Below are positions 1-10,407 of a DNA stretch of 64,000 nucleotides, piece after piece. The stretch lies in contig CDROCS010000107.1 in the NCBI GenBank assembly GCA_977020255.1, positions 1-64,000 of the forward strand, written 5' to 3'. Source of the stretch: Obrimoposthia wandeli (lineage: Eukaryota). The notes under the pieces were generated by a model that saw only the letters and a program-made list of their open reading frames with translations, was not told where the DNA came from and made no database searches. How positions within the stretch are numbered: the first letter of the stretch is position 1; each line of letters starts with the position of its first letter. The position numbers and the translations under genes were made by a program.

Positions 1-117
1 CTGTTATAACTTAGGTAAGTTTTACTAATGGCAAATTTCGGTGATTGCGGCTTAAACTCCCAAAATCGTATGCGCTGTATTAAGCTATTGTATTTCAATC
101 AACCTAGAGTATTAATA

Positions 118-528
118 ATGAAGTTAATGTTATTGGTAGCACTGTCACCACTATTTATTAGTGGGTTTGCTAATAGTTATGATAAAGAAGAAACGACATA
201 TGAAGAGACATCTTTAAGTATATGTATGAAGCAACTCAAAAACTACGATTTGCTACTCACCGATCAAAGTAACATGTACACAAATAATAAAATAATAAAA
301 CTAAATAGAGAAAATAATTTGGGGAGAAAAGAACTTATCCTTTTGGCAAATACAGCCGCTGAAATGGATGAAGTAAAAAAAATGGACGCTAGTATGATAA
401 TGATGAATATATCAAATAGAATAAAAGAAAATAAAATAAAGACATTTAAAGATTGCGAAAACTCACTGAATGATAAAAAGTATTTAAGAAAGTTTTGTAT
501 GAAAGAATTGATCGAGTACTTGAGATAA
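118..528 (+). CDS. Hypothetical secreted protein (~136 aa)
   Basis: Within ORF 28..528; the ATG at 118 gives a signal-peptide-like N-terminus MKLMLLVALSPLFISGFA. Very AT-rich codons; no recognisable family. Confidence 0.6.
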   Translation: MKLMLLVALSPLFISGFANSYDKEETTYEETSLSICMKQLKNYDLLLTDQSNMYTNNKIIKLNRENNLGRKELILLANTAAEMDEVKKMDASMIMMNISNRIKENKIKTFKDCENSLNDKKYLRKFCMKELIEYLR

Positions 529-655
529 TGAGCAACTTGGCTTTAAAGACTAACTAAAATAGATATAACACTTTATTACTTGTCTACACTATCCTCAAAG
601 GCCAAAAATTAACGACAAATCTAAAAGATGGTTGATTAATGCTCAGGAAGGCTAG

Positions 656-748
656 GGCGAAGGTGATCACAGTATCGTCGCACCCGCTGCTGCTGTGACG
701 TTTAGCAAAGGGCAATTACCGCAGCTAGGGCTAATCACATGGACGTAA
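656..748 (+). pseudogene. C-terminal remnant of a baseplate J (Mu gp47-like) gene
   Basis: Manual translation GEGDHSIVAPAAAVTFSKGQLPQLGLITWT* resembles baseplate J C-termini. It overlaps the start of the gp48-like gene as in intact tail operons; an in-frame TAG lies just upstream. Confidence 0.6.
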
Positions 749-1322
749 CAGCATACAGGCAACAGCTTGTAGCGTTATCGCCGCAGGGGTTGGCATGGAA
801 TACAGAAAAGAACAGCGACTACAGCGCATTACTCGACACCTTCGCCGCAGGGCTTTCTAGAGCGGATAGTTACATAGAAGCCTACTTCAACGAACTAGAT
901 CCACGAACGGCAACCCAGCTATTACCAGAATGGGAGCGATTGCTAGGTTTGCCCGATAGTTGCAGTACCGCTAACCCAACGTTACAACAGCGCCGCGAAG
1001 CTGCTCACACGAAATACATTATGCGAGGAGGGCAGAGTAAAGCCTATTTTACTGAGCTGGCGCGCACACTTGGCCATCAAATAACGATTACCACCTATCG
1101 TCCTTTATAGCGCCGGGCTGTCTCGATGGTGAAGATCTCTACCCCAAAAGCGCACGCTTTATTTGGCGCGTGAATGAACCAGGTAGTAGATCGTTACCTT
1201 TTAGAGCAGGTAGTTCTGCAACCGGAGAAAAGCTATTAAAAGTGGCATCAGTCACAGAATTAGAGTGCATGTTTAACAAACTTAAACCTGCGCATACCGA
1301 TTTATTTTTCAATTACGAATGA
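739..1322 (+). pseudogene. YmfQ/DUF2313 (Mu gp48-like) tail/baseplate protein, frameshifted near 1105
   Basis: N-half has PQGLAW and LLPEWERLLGLPD motifs. The -1 frame from 1104 reads FIAPGCLDG...LECMFNKLKPAHTDLFFNYE*, the typical family C-terminus; combined length ~194 aa. Confidence 0.85.
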
Positions 1323-1330
1323 GGCAGTAA

Positions 1331-2054
1331 ATGAAATATCAACAACCACTAGGTGCTGCAGATGAAAATGCTCCCTATGTAGATGGCAACGCAGCAACAG
1401 GAACTGAAGGATCGCCAGTGTCAGCTGCTGCTATCGAACACCCACAACGTGAAATAATGAACGTAATAACGGCGGCAGGATTAACGCCAGATGAGTTGAT
1501 TTAGGCAAGTAGCAAAAGCCAGTATTTAAAATGAGATAACTGACAATGTGGTTTCGATTGATAGAGCCATTTTACTCAGCGAAGTATTACCAGCTAAGTA
1601 GCAGCATCGTAAGTACCGATGAACGAAGTCGCGACACCCAAAGCGGTGTCGGCAATTGTCAGTATAATGGGGCCACAAGCGAGTGAAAAATAGTAGATTT
1701 TGGAACTGTCGCCGCCAACAGTCGTTATTTACAGAGTAATCCTTTGGAAATGGTGAGGAGCCAGTTGCTTGGTGTGACAGAGATACTACATAATGGTGTT
1801 TGGGGTAGACTGGATGGCTTGAAACTACTAGAGCAAAGGAGGCTACAAGTGAAGGCATAGTGGTCATAACGGGTAAACATGGGCTTAAGTCAAGTGACTC
1901 CAATGAAAATGGTTCGACATTAAACGATGGATCAACTGTATCTGCCCTTGTCGCAATAGTAACTTATCACGGGCATCTGCTAATGCGTAAGCAAGAAATA
2001 ATTATTCGTAATAAACGAACGATGATAGCCTCAGACCTTTTAAAGAAAATCTAA
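1331..2054 (+). pseudogene. Phage tail fibre gene remnant (several frameshifts, stops, probable internal deletion)
   Basis: 1331..1504 encodes MKYQQPLGAADENAPYVDGNAATGTEGSPVSAAAIEHPQREIMNVITAAGLTPDE, a tail-fibre N-terminus. Downstream fragments SRYLQSNP..., EILHNGVWG/TGW...GIVVITG resemble tail-fibre C-terminal domains as I recall them. Confidence 0.7.
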
Positions 2055-2069
2055 TGGCATTGAGTATCC

Positions 2070-2548
2070 TTTGACAGTTACCTGTCGGAGCCAGATGTAG
2101 AAGGGCTATATCATCCAGATATGACTAAAGTGAATCAGCGGCTAAAGAGAAACTCTATTGAGCAGGTTTCTATTTTCGCAGCTCAGACTCGCCAAAAAAT
2201 AGCCGGTAATGCAGCACCATTATCAAACGGCTGGTTGGTCAGATAAACGCGTTGCGCTATGCGTATTAAGCTCGATATTGAAGCGGGTGATATCGATGGG
2301 TCGTGCAACATGAAGTCGACAAGCGCGGAAAAGCGTGAGACAGTACTGAACTAATTGAACTTGTGCTGAGCAAGGCGAAAAAGTTTTCCATTGCCATGTC
2401 AGATATCGACGGTATGCAAGTAGCAGCGGAGGACAGTATTAATGCGACTACCGATATAGCACAGATCTCCGTGCTGCTAGATGAACTCAAAACGAAGGCA
2501 GAGAAGCAAATAAAAATTTTGTTGAGCTTTGAAAGATCCTTGATTTGA
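2070..2548 (+). pseudogene. Phage tail-fibre assembly/chaperone-like gene remnant
   Basis: Fragments AQTRQKIAGNAAP, GWSDKR and EVDKRG..TELIELVLSKAKKFSIAMSDIDGMQVAAEDSINA in shifting frames, directly after the fibre remnant. Confidence 0.5.
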
Positions 2549-3079
2549 AACTGTTTCTTTTCTTTTTAACTGCTGTGAGCTAACTACAGTTAAGATCTAC
2601 GCTAAGATTATACCTAGTGCTGGCGATAAAGTTATTGAGGTATTTGGGAATGCTGCCAGTAAACTATCCCCTGTCGAAACGTCTTGATTTTTAAGTATTT
2701 GTTCGCCTATCATGTGGCTCCTAATCAACTTATACTCCCTGTGTAAGAGTGAAGTGGTTTAAAGGTCACTGTCCACCTTCTTAAGGAACATGTGATTAAA
2801 TCTTTCCAGCTATCCTACAGGTACCATAAAATGGGTAACTAATGATCAAATTTTGGACTTATTCACAAGTACCCTACTCCAATCAGAGAATCGGTAAATG
2901 AATAATACTAGTTGATTCCGCAAATAAATGGAAAGTGGCTGGCAAATAGGTGAATAGTAATTTTTTTCGATTCAGCAAGGTATAACAGAGAAGAAAGCGA
3001 AGAAAGTGAAACATGGAGTTTCTATTGATTAATAACTGTTTCCATAACGCAAACCACTAATCTATTAAGGCCTTTAAAA

Positions 3080-3889
3080 ATGAATATACGCAAACTATTA
3101 AAAGAAAAATTAAAGGTTCCTGAGGACGTTCGTGGATATCATTTATTAAGGCGAATATTACTATGATTTTGATGCGGATGAATCTATCAGGAAAATTTTA
3201 AGCCCTTTCGAATCGAAACCCTGACAATAGGTTTTTGATGTTGAGCAAATGTTGGGCAATCGGTTGAGCGTTTCAGAAAATATCTACCAGGAGCGAGGAT
3301 TTTTTCATTTGAACTAAACCCGAATGTCTTTCATGTACTAGAAAAGAAAACAAAAAATGATATAAAATTAGAGTGTTTAATGTTGGTATCGGTTCAAAAG
3401 CGAAAGTTAATTTTTTATCAACCCTGATAGTGGTTCAAATTCATTTTATAAACTAAACCTAAAAGGCGAGTCGTTCAACTTAAGTAATTCTGAGGAGGCA
3501 AAGAAAAATTATAATAGAACAACACTGAAAGAGGAGGTTTCATACAATACTCCGATTGAAGTTAGCGTAAAAACTTATCAGATGTATTCCAAGATTTATC
3601 TATTGAACACATTGATGTTTTGAAAATAGATACTCAAGGTTATGAAGAAGAGGTATTAAAAGGTGCCGAAAATATTCTGTCTAAGACATTAATTGTAGAA
3701 GCAGAAGAGTTTGCAGACTCTTACGAGAAATCATCTTCTTAGAGGAATTGAATCAATATTAAGTGAGCATGGGTTTGTATTGTGGGAGATTCCATATAGG
3801 AAAATTTTGTACGGGAATCGATTAATAGGATAAACTTTTATAGATGTACAGTTTGTTAATTTATCTTACTTAAGTCAGCTAGATCTTAA
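3080..3889 (+). pseudogene. FkbM-family methyltransferase pseudogene
   Basis: Fragments ANVGQSVERFRKYLPGARIFSFELNP and IEHIDVLKIDTQGYEEEVLKGAENIL are FkbM hallmarks; broken by many frameshifts. Confidence 0.85.
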
Positions 3890-4212
3890 TATGTAAGGTA
3901 GCACAAACTCTTTGCCCCGCCACACAAGTGCTTAGGCCTCTTGATAGAGTATAACTTGCAAGACTATGCTGTCACCTATGATTAAATGACAGCTTTTAGG
4001 CAGTTTTGAGATTTAGCCCCTATTTCTAGTTTGAATGCGGGTTCGGAAACCTGCATTGGCGGATCTGAAGGAGTTATAACTAAGTTGGCAGGATCTCTAC
4101 GAATTTTCACGGTCATATTGAGATTTTACTAATTTTAACATTAGGTTATATCCACCTAAATCGTACTTTTCAGTTTCGGAATATATGCTAGAAACGCCGT
4201 TATCTGGGTTGT

Positions 4213-5163
4213 TTATATAATCTGATCCTCTAAGGTAAGGCGTCGATAGCTAGAGGGACCTACATCAAAATATTTACGAAATACCCTGCCAAAAGCTGCC
4301 TCTGAATGATAGCCAACTTGCTCAGCGATATCGATAATAGTGCGCCGCGTATCGACCAGTAATTGGCGAGCAATTTGCATGCGCCAATGGGTAATGTAAC
4401 CCAAAGGAGTCATAGTAAGGTTGTCGGTAAACTTACTGATAAAGGATGTTCTCGACATACTTGCGATATGTGACAGCTCTTCGATGCACCAAGAGTGCGC
4501 AGGGTTGGCGTGAATAGCTTGTAATACCTTGGCAATTTTATGATTGGCAAATCCCGCCAGCACTGGTTGATTAATCCCCTCACTATTTAGATAAATACGC
4601 AATGCTTGGGCAAAGATAATCTCCGACATTTTTAAGGCCACTATATCGCTGCCCAATTTATTACTGCCAGTTTCTTCGCCGATAACTTGCAGGGCTGCAT
4701 GCATCCATTGGCCGGTAATGTCCCCATAATTTTTTATTTGTATGTGTGAGGGAAGAGCTTCAATCAATGGGTGATTAGCCTGTTTATTAAAAGCGAAGTG
4801 GCCGCATATCAGCTGGCACTCATGATGCTGTTCTGCACCGCCATAAACAAGTGTGCCCTGGCCTGTAAAGCCAGAAACTTTTAGTACTTCATCTAAAGGT
4901 AGTGCATCTAACTCAGTTTTAGGGTCACAAAATAAGCTATGTGAGGCGCCGCGGGGAATAATGATCAGGTCTCCCTGTTCTAATGCAATAATTTTTTGCT
5001 GATCTGCAATACGCACCAAACAGCGACCACGATGAACAAAGTGGAAACGCGCAACATCTTCAAAGGCAGGTACTTTAACCCCCCAAGGTGAGGTAAAAGC
5101 GGTGCGGAAATACAAAGTACCGGCTAATTGCATGCGGTGTAAAATATCACTGAGTATATCCAT
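4213..5163 (-). CDS. AraC-family transcriptional regulator (cupin + HTH)
   Basis: N-terminal cupin (FHFVHRGRC); C-terminal IAEQVGYHSEAAFGRVFRK HTH. Confidence 0.93.
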   Translation of the reverse strand: MDILSDILHRMQLAGTLYFRTAFTSPWGVKVPAFEDVARFHFVHRGRCLVRIADQQKIIALEQGDLIIIPRGASHSLFCDPKTELDALPLDEVLKVSGFTGQGTLVYGGAEQHHECQLICGHFAFNKQANHPLIEALPSHIQIKNYGDITGQWMHAALQVIGEETGSNKLGSDIVALKMSEIIFAQALRIYLNSEGINQPVLAGFANHKIAKVLQAIHANPAHSWCIEELSHIASMSRTSFISKFTDNLTMTPLGYITHWRMQIARQLLVDTRRTIIDIAEQVGYHSEAAFGRVFRKYFDVGPSSYRRLTLEDQII

Positions 5164-5394
5164 AATATGTGCCCTGCTTTAGTTCATTATTCAATCAAAA
5201 AATAGCTTTAACGACGATGTAAGCATAAAGCAAAATATATCAAAAGTATTAAGCAGCTAATCCGAAACGAACTATTGATCAAGAAATTAGAACTTTCAGT
5301 CATATATTGGCCAAGTCGATTACTATTAAATGAATGTCATACATACCGAATCACACACATCGAAAAACCATTCAATGAATCTGAGGTAGTTAAT

Positions 5395-5943
5395 ATGAAA
5401 TTTATAACATCTGTTAAAAGTTTGGTCGTAGTGGCAAGTTTGGCGATAACTGTCAGCGGTTTAAGTCAAGCTGCTGAATCACCTGCTGATTTAAATGATC
5501 TGCAAATTGCTCACGTTGCTTATACTGCAGATAACATTGATATTCGCTATGCGCACCTCGCATTAGCGCTCACTCAAGATCCAAAAATCCGCAGTTTCGC
5601 AGAAACCATGATTCGTGATCATAATGCCGTAAATGAACAGGCATTGGCATTGCTGAAAAAACTACAAGCACAACCTGAAGATAATTTTTTAAGTCAGCAT
5701 CTCACGGCAAATAGTGAAAAACTGATCAATGAAATGAGTCAGTTGCGAGGCGTTAAATTTGATAAATTTTATGCCAAAAATGAATTGGCTTATCATAAGG
5801 CAGTCAATGAGTTAGTAGAATTTAGTTTTATACCAAACATTGAAAATAGCGAAGTAAAAGCGTTGTTTGGTGCTGGGTTAGAGATCTTTAAGGCACATCA
5901 ACAACACGCTCAGGTGATGGTTGATAAGTTAAATGCTAACTAG
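5395..5943 (+). CDS. DUF4142 (ferritin-like fold) secreted protein
   Basis: GAGG RBS before the ATG at 5395; signal peptide; DLQIAH...IRSFAETMIRDH and YAKNELAYH patterns. Confidence 0.8.
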   Translation: MKFITSVKSLVVVASLAITVSGLSQAAESPADLNDLQIAHVAYTADNIDIRYAHLALALTQDPKIRSFAETMIRDHNAVNEQALALLKKLQAQPEDNFLSQHLTANSEKLINEMSQLRGVKFDKFYAKNELAYHKAVNELVEFSFIPNIENSEVKALFGAGLEIFKAHQQHAQVMVDKLNAN

Positions 5944-6282
5944 GCGTCGCTTGCTTAAAAGTACTTTGTCACTGGTTATTTTGTCAGTGGCAGGTACTGC
6001 CTTCGCGGTCAAGGCAAAGAAAAACCCAGTAGTGCATAACATCTATATTAAAGGCTTTGCATTTGAGTTACTTTCGCAAAAGATAGAAGTGGGGGATACC
6101 ATAACTTGGATTAATCAAGATATAGTGCCCCACACCGCAACAGCCTCGATAATAGCTGGGATACTGGCTTGATAGCAGCGGGGACGCAAGTTAGCTTATC
6201 AGTAACACAAGGATGGAAAAACGAGTATTACTGCATTTATCATCCTAAAATGTTAGGCAGACTAGAATTGATAAGCGACTAA
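5933..6282 (+). pseudogene. Cupredoxin (amicyanin/plastocyanin-like) with one -1 frameshift near 6146
   Basis: Twin-arginine-like leader (TRRRLL) and GDTITWINQDIVPHTATA. The -1 frame continues DNSWDTGLIAAG...YYCIYHPKMLGRLELISD*, supplying Cys/His/Met type-1 copper ligands. Confidence 0.85.
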
Positions 6283-6380
6283 AATATAATACGAAGGTCT
6301 TAAATACGCACTTAACAACGTTAAGTGCGTATTTAGTATTTACCCTGCCAATATCAGTTGTGAACCTCTGGCCTTGTGGA

Positions 6381-6560
6381 ATAATCGCAATCATCAATAA
6401 CTTTCTTAATAAAATCCCATTGTTCTTTATCAACAGCAGGGAATATTCCATACCGGCAGGAATACAGTCCACTTCCATTAATGTTTGGAGTACATGCTGC
6501 GTTCGCTCTCTAAATCAACAAACGTTGAACTGACGAAAACTTGATATCTTTTATCCTTGA
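6381..6560 (-). pseudogene. DUF4062-domain gene fragment
   Basis: Manual translation across two frameshifts: KDKRYQVFVSSTFVDLESER..VLQTLMEVDCIPAGME.FPAVDKEQWDFIKKVIDDCDY, matching the DUF4062 N-terminal signature; truncated after that. Confidence 0.8.
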
Positions 6561-6683
6561 ATATCCCGATTAATATATTGAGCACAAAATTAGGTGTGTA
6601 CCATGTAAAAGCGTTTGGCTGCTTTGTACAAGAATGTCTCAGCTATTATCTGTTTACCTAGAGGTTCTGTGTGCTTGATGAAT

Positions 6684-7878
6684 TCAATCTAGTGATTTGA
6701 TTTTATCCAGGTAATCAGCCCACGTCTGCATCATCTCTTCACGCTGATTTAAATGCTTAGTTCTATTGTAAGCCCGCCCATGGACGTCACGTACAGTGTG
6801 CGCTAGTTGCTGTTCAATAATTTCTATAGGGTAGTTTAGAACCTCATCAAGTAAAGTTCTTGCAGTGGCTCGGAAACCGTGCGGAGTAACTTGGTCCTTA
6901 GTATACCCCATGCTACGAATAGCAACCCTAACACCGTTCTCAGATAATGGCCTGCTCATGCCTCTCTGTGAGGGGAACACATACTTAGCGTTAGGTTGCC
7001 ATCCCGTGTGCTTATACATAGTTGTAAGTAATTCGATCGCTTGAGTAGGCAGGGGAATAATATGATCGGACGAGACATTACACTAGCAGGTGGCTCTGTT
7101 TCTACGCCTCCCAGTTAATATGGGCCCACTCTAATTGTCTTAGCTCACCAGGTCGACATAGAAGCATTGGAGTTAGCTTTAGAGCGATCGATACAATTGG
7201 AGTACCTGTATAAACATCCGTGGCTCGAAGAAAGGAGCCAAGCTCTTTAGGATCGGTAATTGCAGAATAATGACTTACTTTCTCAGCCTGAAGAAGACCG
7301 GCAATATCATTAACAGGATTACGTTGTACTATTCCTAATGCCAAAGCGAAACCGAAAACGCCAGACAAATACTGCTTACACTTATTGCCAACACCAGGTG
7401 AGTTTATCTCCTGGATCTCTTTAAGTAATTCGTATAAGTCCTTTGGTGCTAAGTCATTTAAATCTATATTTCCAATCCGAGGAAGGATTAGGCGTTTTAC
7501 TCGACTTTCGATGGCCTTACAGTAGGATTCAGCCCAAGAGTTTTTCTTAGCTTCGTACCATTGAGGATATATAGAGGCGAATGTATTTTCTTGTTTAAAA
7601 GAACGAGCTTCTTTTTCTGCACGTTTATGTACGACAGGATCAATACCGTCATTCAACAGCGCCTTATTCGCATTCTTTTCAAGTCTAGCGTTTTTTAGAG
7701 ATAGGGTTGGGTACTGGCCTAAGTGCAGTTCTTTGCGCTTTTTATCGAAGTAATATCTGTATCGGAAGAATACACTTCCAGACTTTTTGACTAGCACATA
7801 TAGACCATCACCATCAGCCATACGATAGTCTTTATCTTTAGGCTCAAGGGTTTTTATTTTTTTATCGTTAAGTAACAT
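6684..7878 (-). pseudogene. P4-type tyrosine integrase (arm-binding domain), split by a stop/frameshift at ~7020-7104
   Basis: MLLNDKKIKTLEPKDKDYRMADGDGLY arm domain; catalytic R (CRPGELR), HGFR, LAH and Y (AYNR) lie in two ORFs. The linker has a TAG and a frame change before DHIIPL. Confidence 0.92.
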
Positions 7879-7896
7879 AACTGCCCCATAATTACG

Positions 7897-7949
7897 TTGG
7901 GGTACACAAATAAGAGAATAATGGTCGTGTCCCCCAATATGTCCACCAA
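7897..7949. promoter_or_regulatory. Candidate integrase arm-type binding repeats
   Basis: Direct repeat TGTCCCCCAA (7928-7937) / TGTCCACCAA (7940-7949) plus inverted TTGGGGTACA (7897-7906), between the tRNA and the integrase start. Confidence 0.5.
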
Positions 7950-8060
7950 AATGCAGCGTACACTAATGCGCATATATGTACATCAATGGATGGTTTAATA
8001 AGCTAAGGTATTAAATCTAAAGGGGAAAAAGCTAAGTTTGGATATCATAAGAAGAAGAGA

Positions 8061-8137
8061 TGGTGCCTCTTTCAGGACTCGAACCTGAGACAAACCGATT
8101 ATGAGTCGGGTACTCTAACCAACTGAGTTAAAGAGGC
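8061..8137 (-). tRNA. ileX: tRNA-Ile2 (CAU anticodon, lysidine-modified type)
   Basis: Full cloverleaf GCCTCTT...CTCATAA...ACCA. CGA-CTCATAA-TCG arm and position after rpoD match tRNA-Ile2; no fMet C1:A72 or GGG/CCC anticodon-stem signature. Confidence 0.88.
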
Positions 8138-8221
8138 ATCTTGATGTTACTGGCTTCTTGTTTTAAGTGGCTGATACATAAGCTAGTTAGCGAATGTGAT
8201 GCCCCTAAACAAGAGAGCGCC

Positions 8222-8250
8222 ATTCTACATATCTCTGTACAATGGCGCAA
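8222..8250 (-). promoter_or_regulatory. Sigma70 promoter of tRNA-Ile2
   Basis: TTGCGC-17 nt-TAGAAT followed by GC-rich discriminator GGCGCTC. Confidence 0.65.
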
Positions 8251-8273
8251 TAGGCGAAATTAATTTTTTTCGC

Positions 8274-10115
8274 TTACTCGTCGAGGAAAGTACGTAAGTG
8301 ATCAGAGCGGCTAGGGTGGCGGAGTTTACGCAACGCTTTAGCTTCGATCTGACGAATACGTTCACGTGTCACATCAAACTGCTTACCAACTTCTTCCAAA
8401 GTGTGGTCAGTGTTCATGTTGATACCAAAACGCATACGCAATACCTTAGCTTCACGGGCTGTGAGGCCAGCGAGGACTTCCTTGGTTGCTTCGCACAATC
8501 CTTCACCAGTCGCTGATTCAACAGGCGAGGTATGGTTCACATCTTCAATGAAATCACCGAGACTTGAGTCTTCGTCATCACCGATAGGTGTTTCCATCGA
8601 AATAGGCTCTTTGGCAATTTTCAATACCTTGCGGATTTTGTCCTCAGGTATTTCCATGCGCTCAGAGAGCTCTTCAGGTGTCGGTTCACGGCCCATTTCC
8701 TGTAGCATTTGACGTGAAATACGATTCAATTTATTGATCGTTTCAATCATGTGTACAGGAATACGAATGGTCCGAGCCTGGTCGGCAATAGAGCGAGTTA
8801 TCGCCTGGCGGATCCACCACGTAGCATACGTTGAGAACTTGTAGCCGCGACGGTATTCAAACTTATCAACAGCCTTCATTAGGCCAATGTTACCCTCTTG
8901 AATAAGATCGAGGAATTGTAAGCCACGGTTTGTGTATTTCTTGGCAATAGAGATAACGAGACGTAAGTTTGCCTCAACCATCTCTTTCTTAGCGCGACGA
9001 GCTCTAGCTTCACCAATCGACATGCGACGGTTTACATCTTTGAGTTCGCTAAGCTTAATGCCTGTTTCTTGCTGCAGTTGGGCTAAGCGGCGCTGGGCCC
9101 GATGGATATCCGGTAAATTAGCGGCTATTGCATCGGAGTAAGCAGCTTTAGAGTCAACTAATTCTTGGAACCAATCTTGATTGGTTTCATTGCCTGGGAA
9201 TCCTTTAATGAACTCTCTACGTGGCATTTTACAGCGCTGAGTACAAATGCGTAGGATGTTACGCTCTTGTATACGTGTACGGCCAATGTAGTCGCGAACA
9301 CGTGAAACCAATCGCTCGTAGAAGCGTGGTGATAACTTAATGGGAGAAAATGCAGTACTTAGAGCTAGCTGAGCCGCGCTTGCTTGCTTGCTTGTGTGGC
9401 CGTGCTTTTCAGTAACGATATAAAGAGCATCTAAGCATTCCTTGATGAGTCCAAAGCGAATCTTGGCTTCTTCAGGATCGGGACCGCGTTCCTTCTCGTC
9501 CTCGTCATCATCGTCGTCATTCTTTTCGGCGTTTTTATCATCCTCAGCTTTCTGATTTCTCTGAGCATCATTGATGATAGTCGGTTTATCTATTTCGCTA
9601 TCAGGATCAATATAGCCGCTGAAAATATCACTCAAACGGCCTTCTTCAATGAGCGTATTAGCGTAAGCGTCTAAAATGATGTCGACAGAACTTGGGAAAG
9701 CGGAAAGCGCTGACATCACTTCGCGTATGCCTTCTTCTATGCGCTTGGCGATGATAATTTCACCTTCACGACTCAGAAGTTCTACGGTACCCATTTCGCG
9801 CATATACATGCGAACAGGGTCGGTTGTGCGCCCGGCGTCAGACTCGACAGCGGCAAGCGCTGCAACGTCGTCATCATCAGTGTCCTGTGTCGAATCGCCT
9901 TCTGTCATCAGTAAGGTTTCAGCATCAGGTGCAACTTCGGATACCGTTATTCCCATGTCGTTGATCATGCGAATAATATCTTCAACTTGATCTGGATCGG
10001 CAATATCTTCAGGAAGGTGGTCATTGACCTCGGCATACGTTAAATAGCCTTGCTCCTTACCTTTGGCAATAAGTTCCTTAAGGCGAGATTGCTGCTGCTG
10101 TGAAGTATCTGACAT
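8274..10115 (-). CDS. rpoD: RNA polymerase sigma factor RpoD
   Basis: Region 1.1 [17 protein letters not shown], region 2 [14 protein letters not shown], region 4 [20 protein letters not shown]; start placed at MSDTSQQ. Confidence 0.99.
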   Translation of the reverse strand: MSDTSQQQQSRLKELIAKGKEQGYLTYAEVNDHLPEDIADPDQVEDIIRMINDMGITVSEVAPDAETLLMTEGDSTQDTDDDDVAALAAVESDAGRTTDPVRMYMREMGTVELLSREGEIIIAKRIEEGIREVMSALSAFPSSVDIILDAYANTLIEEGRLSDIFSGYIDPDSEIDKPTIINDAQRNQKAEDDKNAEKNDDDDDEDEKERGPDPEEAKIRFGLIKECLDALYIVTEKHGHTSKQASAAQLALSTAFSPIKLSPRFYERLVSRVRDYIGRTRIQERNILRICTQRCKMPRREFIKGFPGNETNQDWFQELVDSKAAYSDAIAANLPDIHRAQRRLAQLQQETGIKLSELKDVNRRMSIGEARARRAKKEMVEANLRLVISIAKKYTNRGLQFLDLIQEGNIGLMKAVDKFEYRRGYKFSTYATWWIRQAITRSIADQARTIRIPVHMIETINKLNRISRQMLQEMGREPTPEELSERMEIPEDKIRKVLKIAKEPISMETPIGDDEDSSLGDFIEDVNHTSPVESATGEGLCEATKEVLAGLTAREAKVLRMRFGINMNTDHTLEEVGKQFDVTRERIRQIEAKALRKLRHPSRSDHLRTFLDE

Positions 10116-10407
10116 ATTAGCCCTGCGATCGGAAAACATAAAATAAAATAGCGCGCAATTATAACGTTACGCACCCGTTAATACTAGCTCAAATAGCGCC
10201 GCAAGCATGTGTTTAGTGTAATAATACGGCAAATATCAGGTAAGTTGCCTTTGTATTTTGCATGCAAATATCGTGCAAGAATTGAAAATAACGTACTTTT
10301 ATCTGCTTTTGGGTGAGATAACTGGGTTTCTAGGTATTAGGTGAGACTGATAAAAGTGCTTATCTTGTTTGCTGGGGTTGCTATCAGAAGCAGGTGCTGA
10401 TTTGTGT

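Larger units (their letters stand above)
1..8060. mobile_element. Decayed integrative element/prophage remnant adjacent to the 3' end of tRNA-Ile2; left boundary lies outside the window
   Basis: Broken P4-type integrase reading away from the tRNA 3' end, phage tail remnants, several pseudogenes and AT-rich cargo. Confidence 0.8.

Noticed and set aside
4074-4151. TTATAAC...GTTATAT inverted ends resembling an integron attC site (also GTTATAAC at the window start)
   Set aside because: No L''/L' boxes at the canonical 5-6 nt spacing on either strand, and no integron integrase in the window.
1-8060. Second att site within the window
   Set aside because: I saw no duplicate of the tRNA 3' end by eye; the boundary is probably upstream of position 1.
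8061-8137. Calling the CAU tRNA a tRNA-Met
   Set aside because: The anticodon arm and post-rpoD position match Ile2, and it lacks initiator features.
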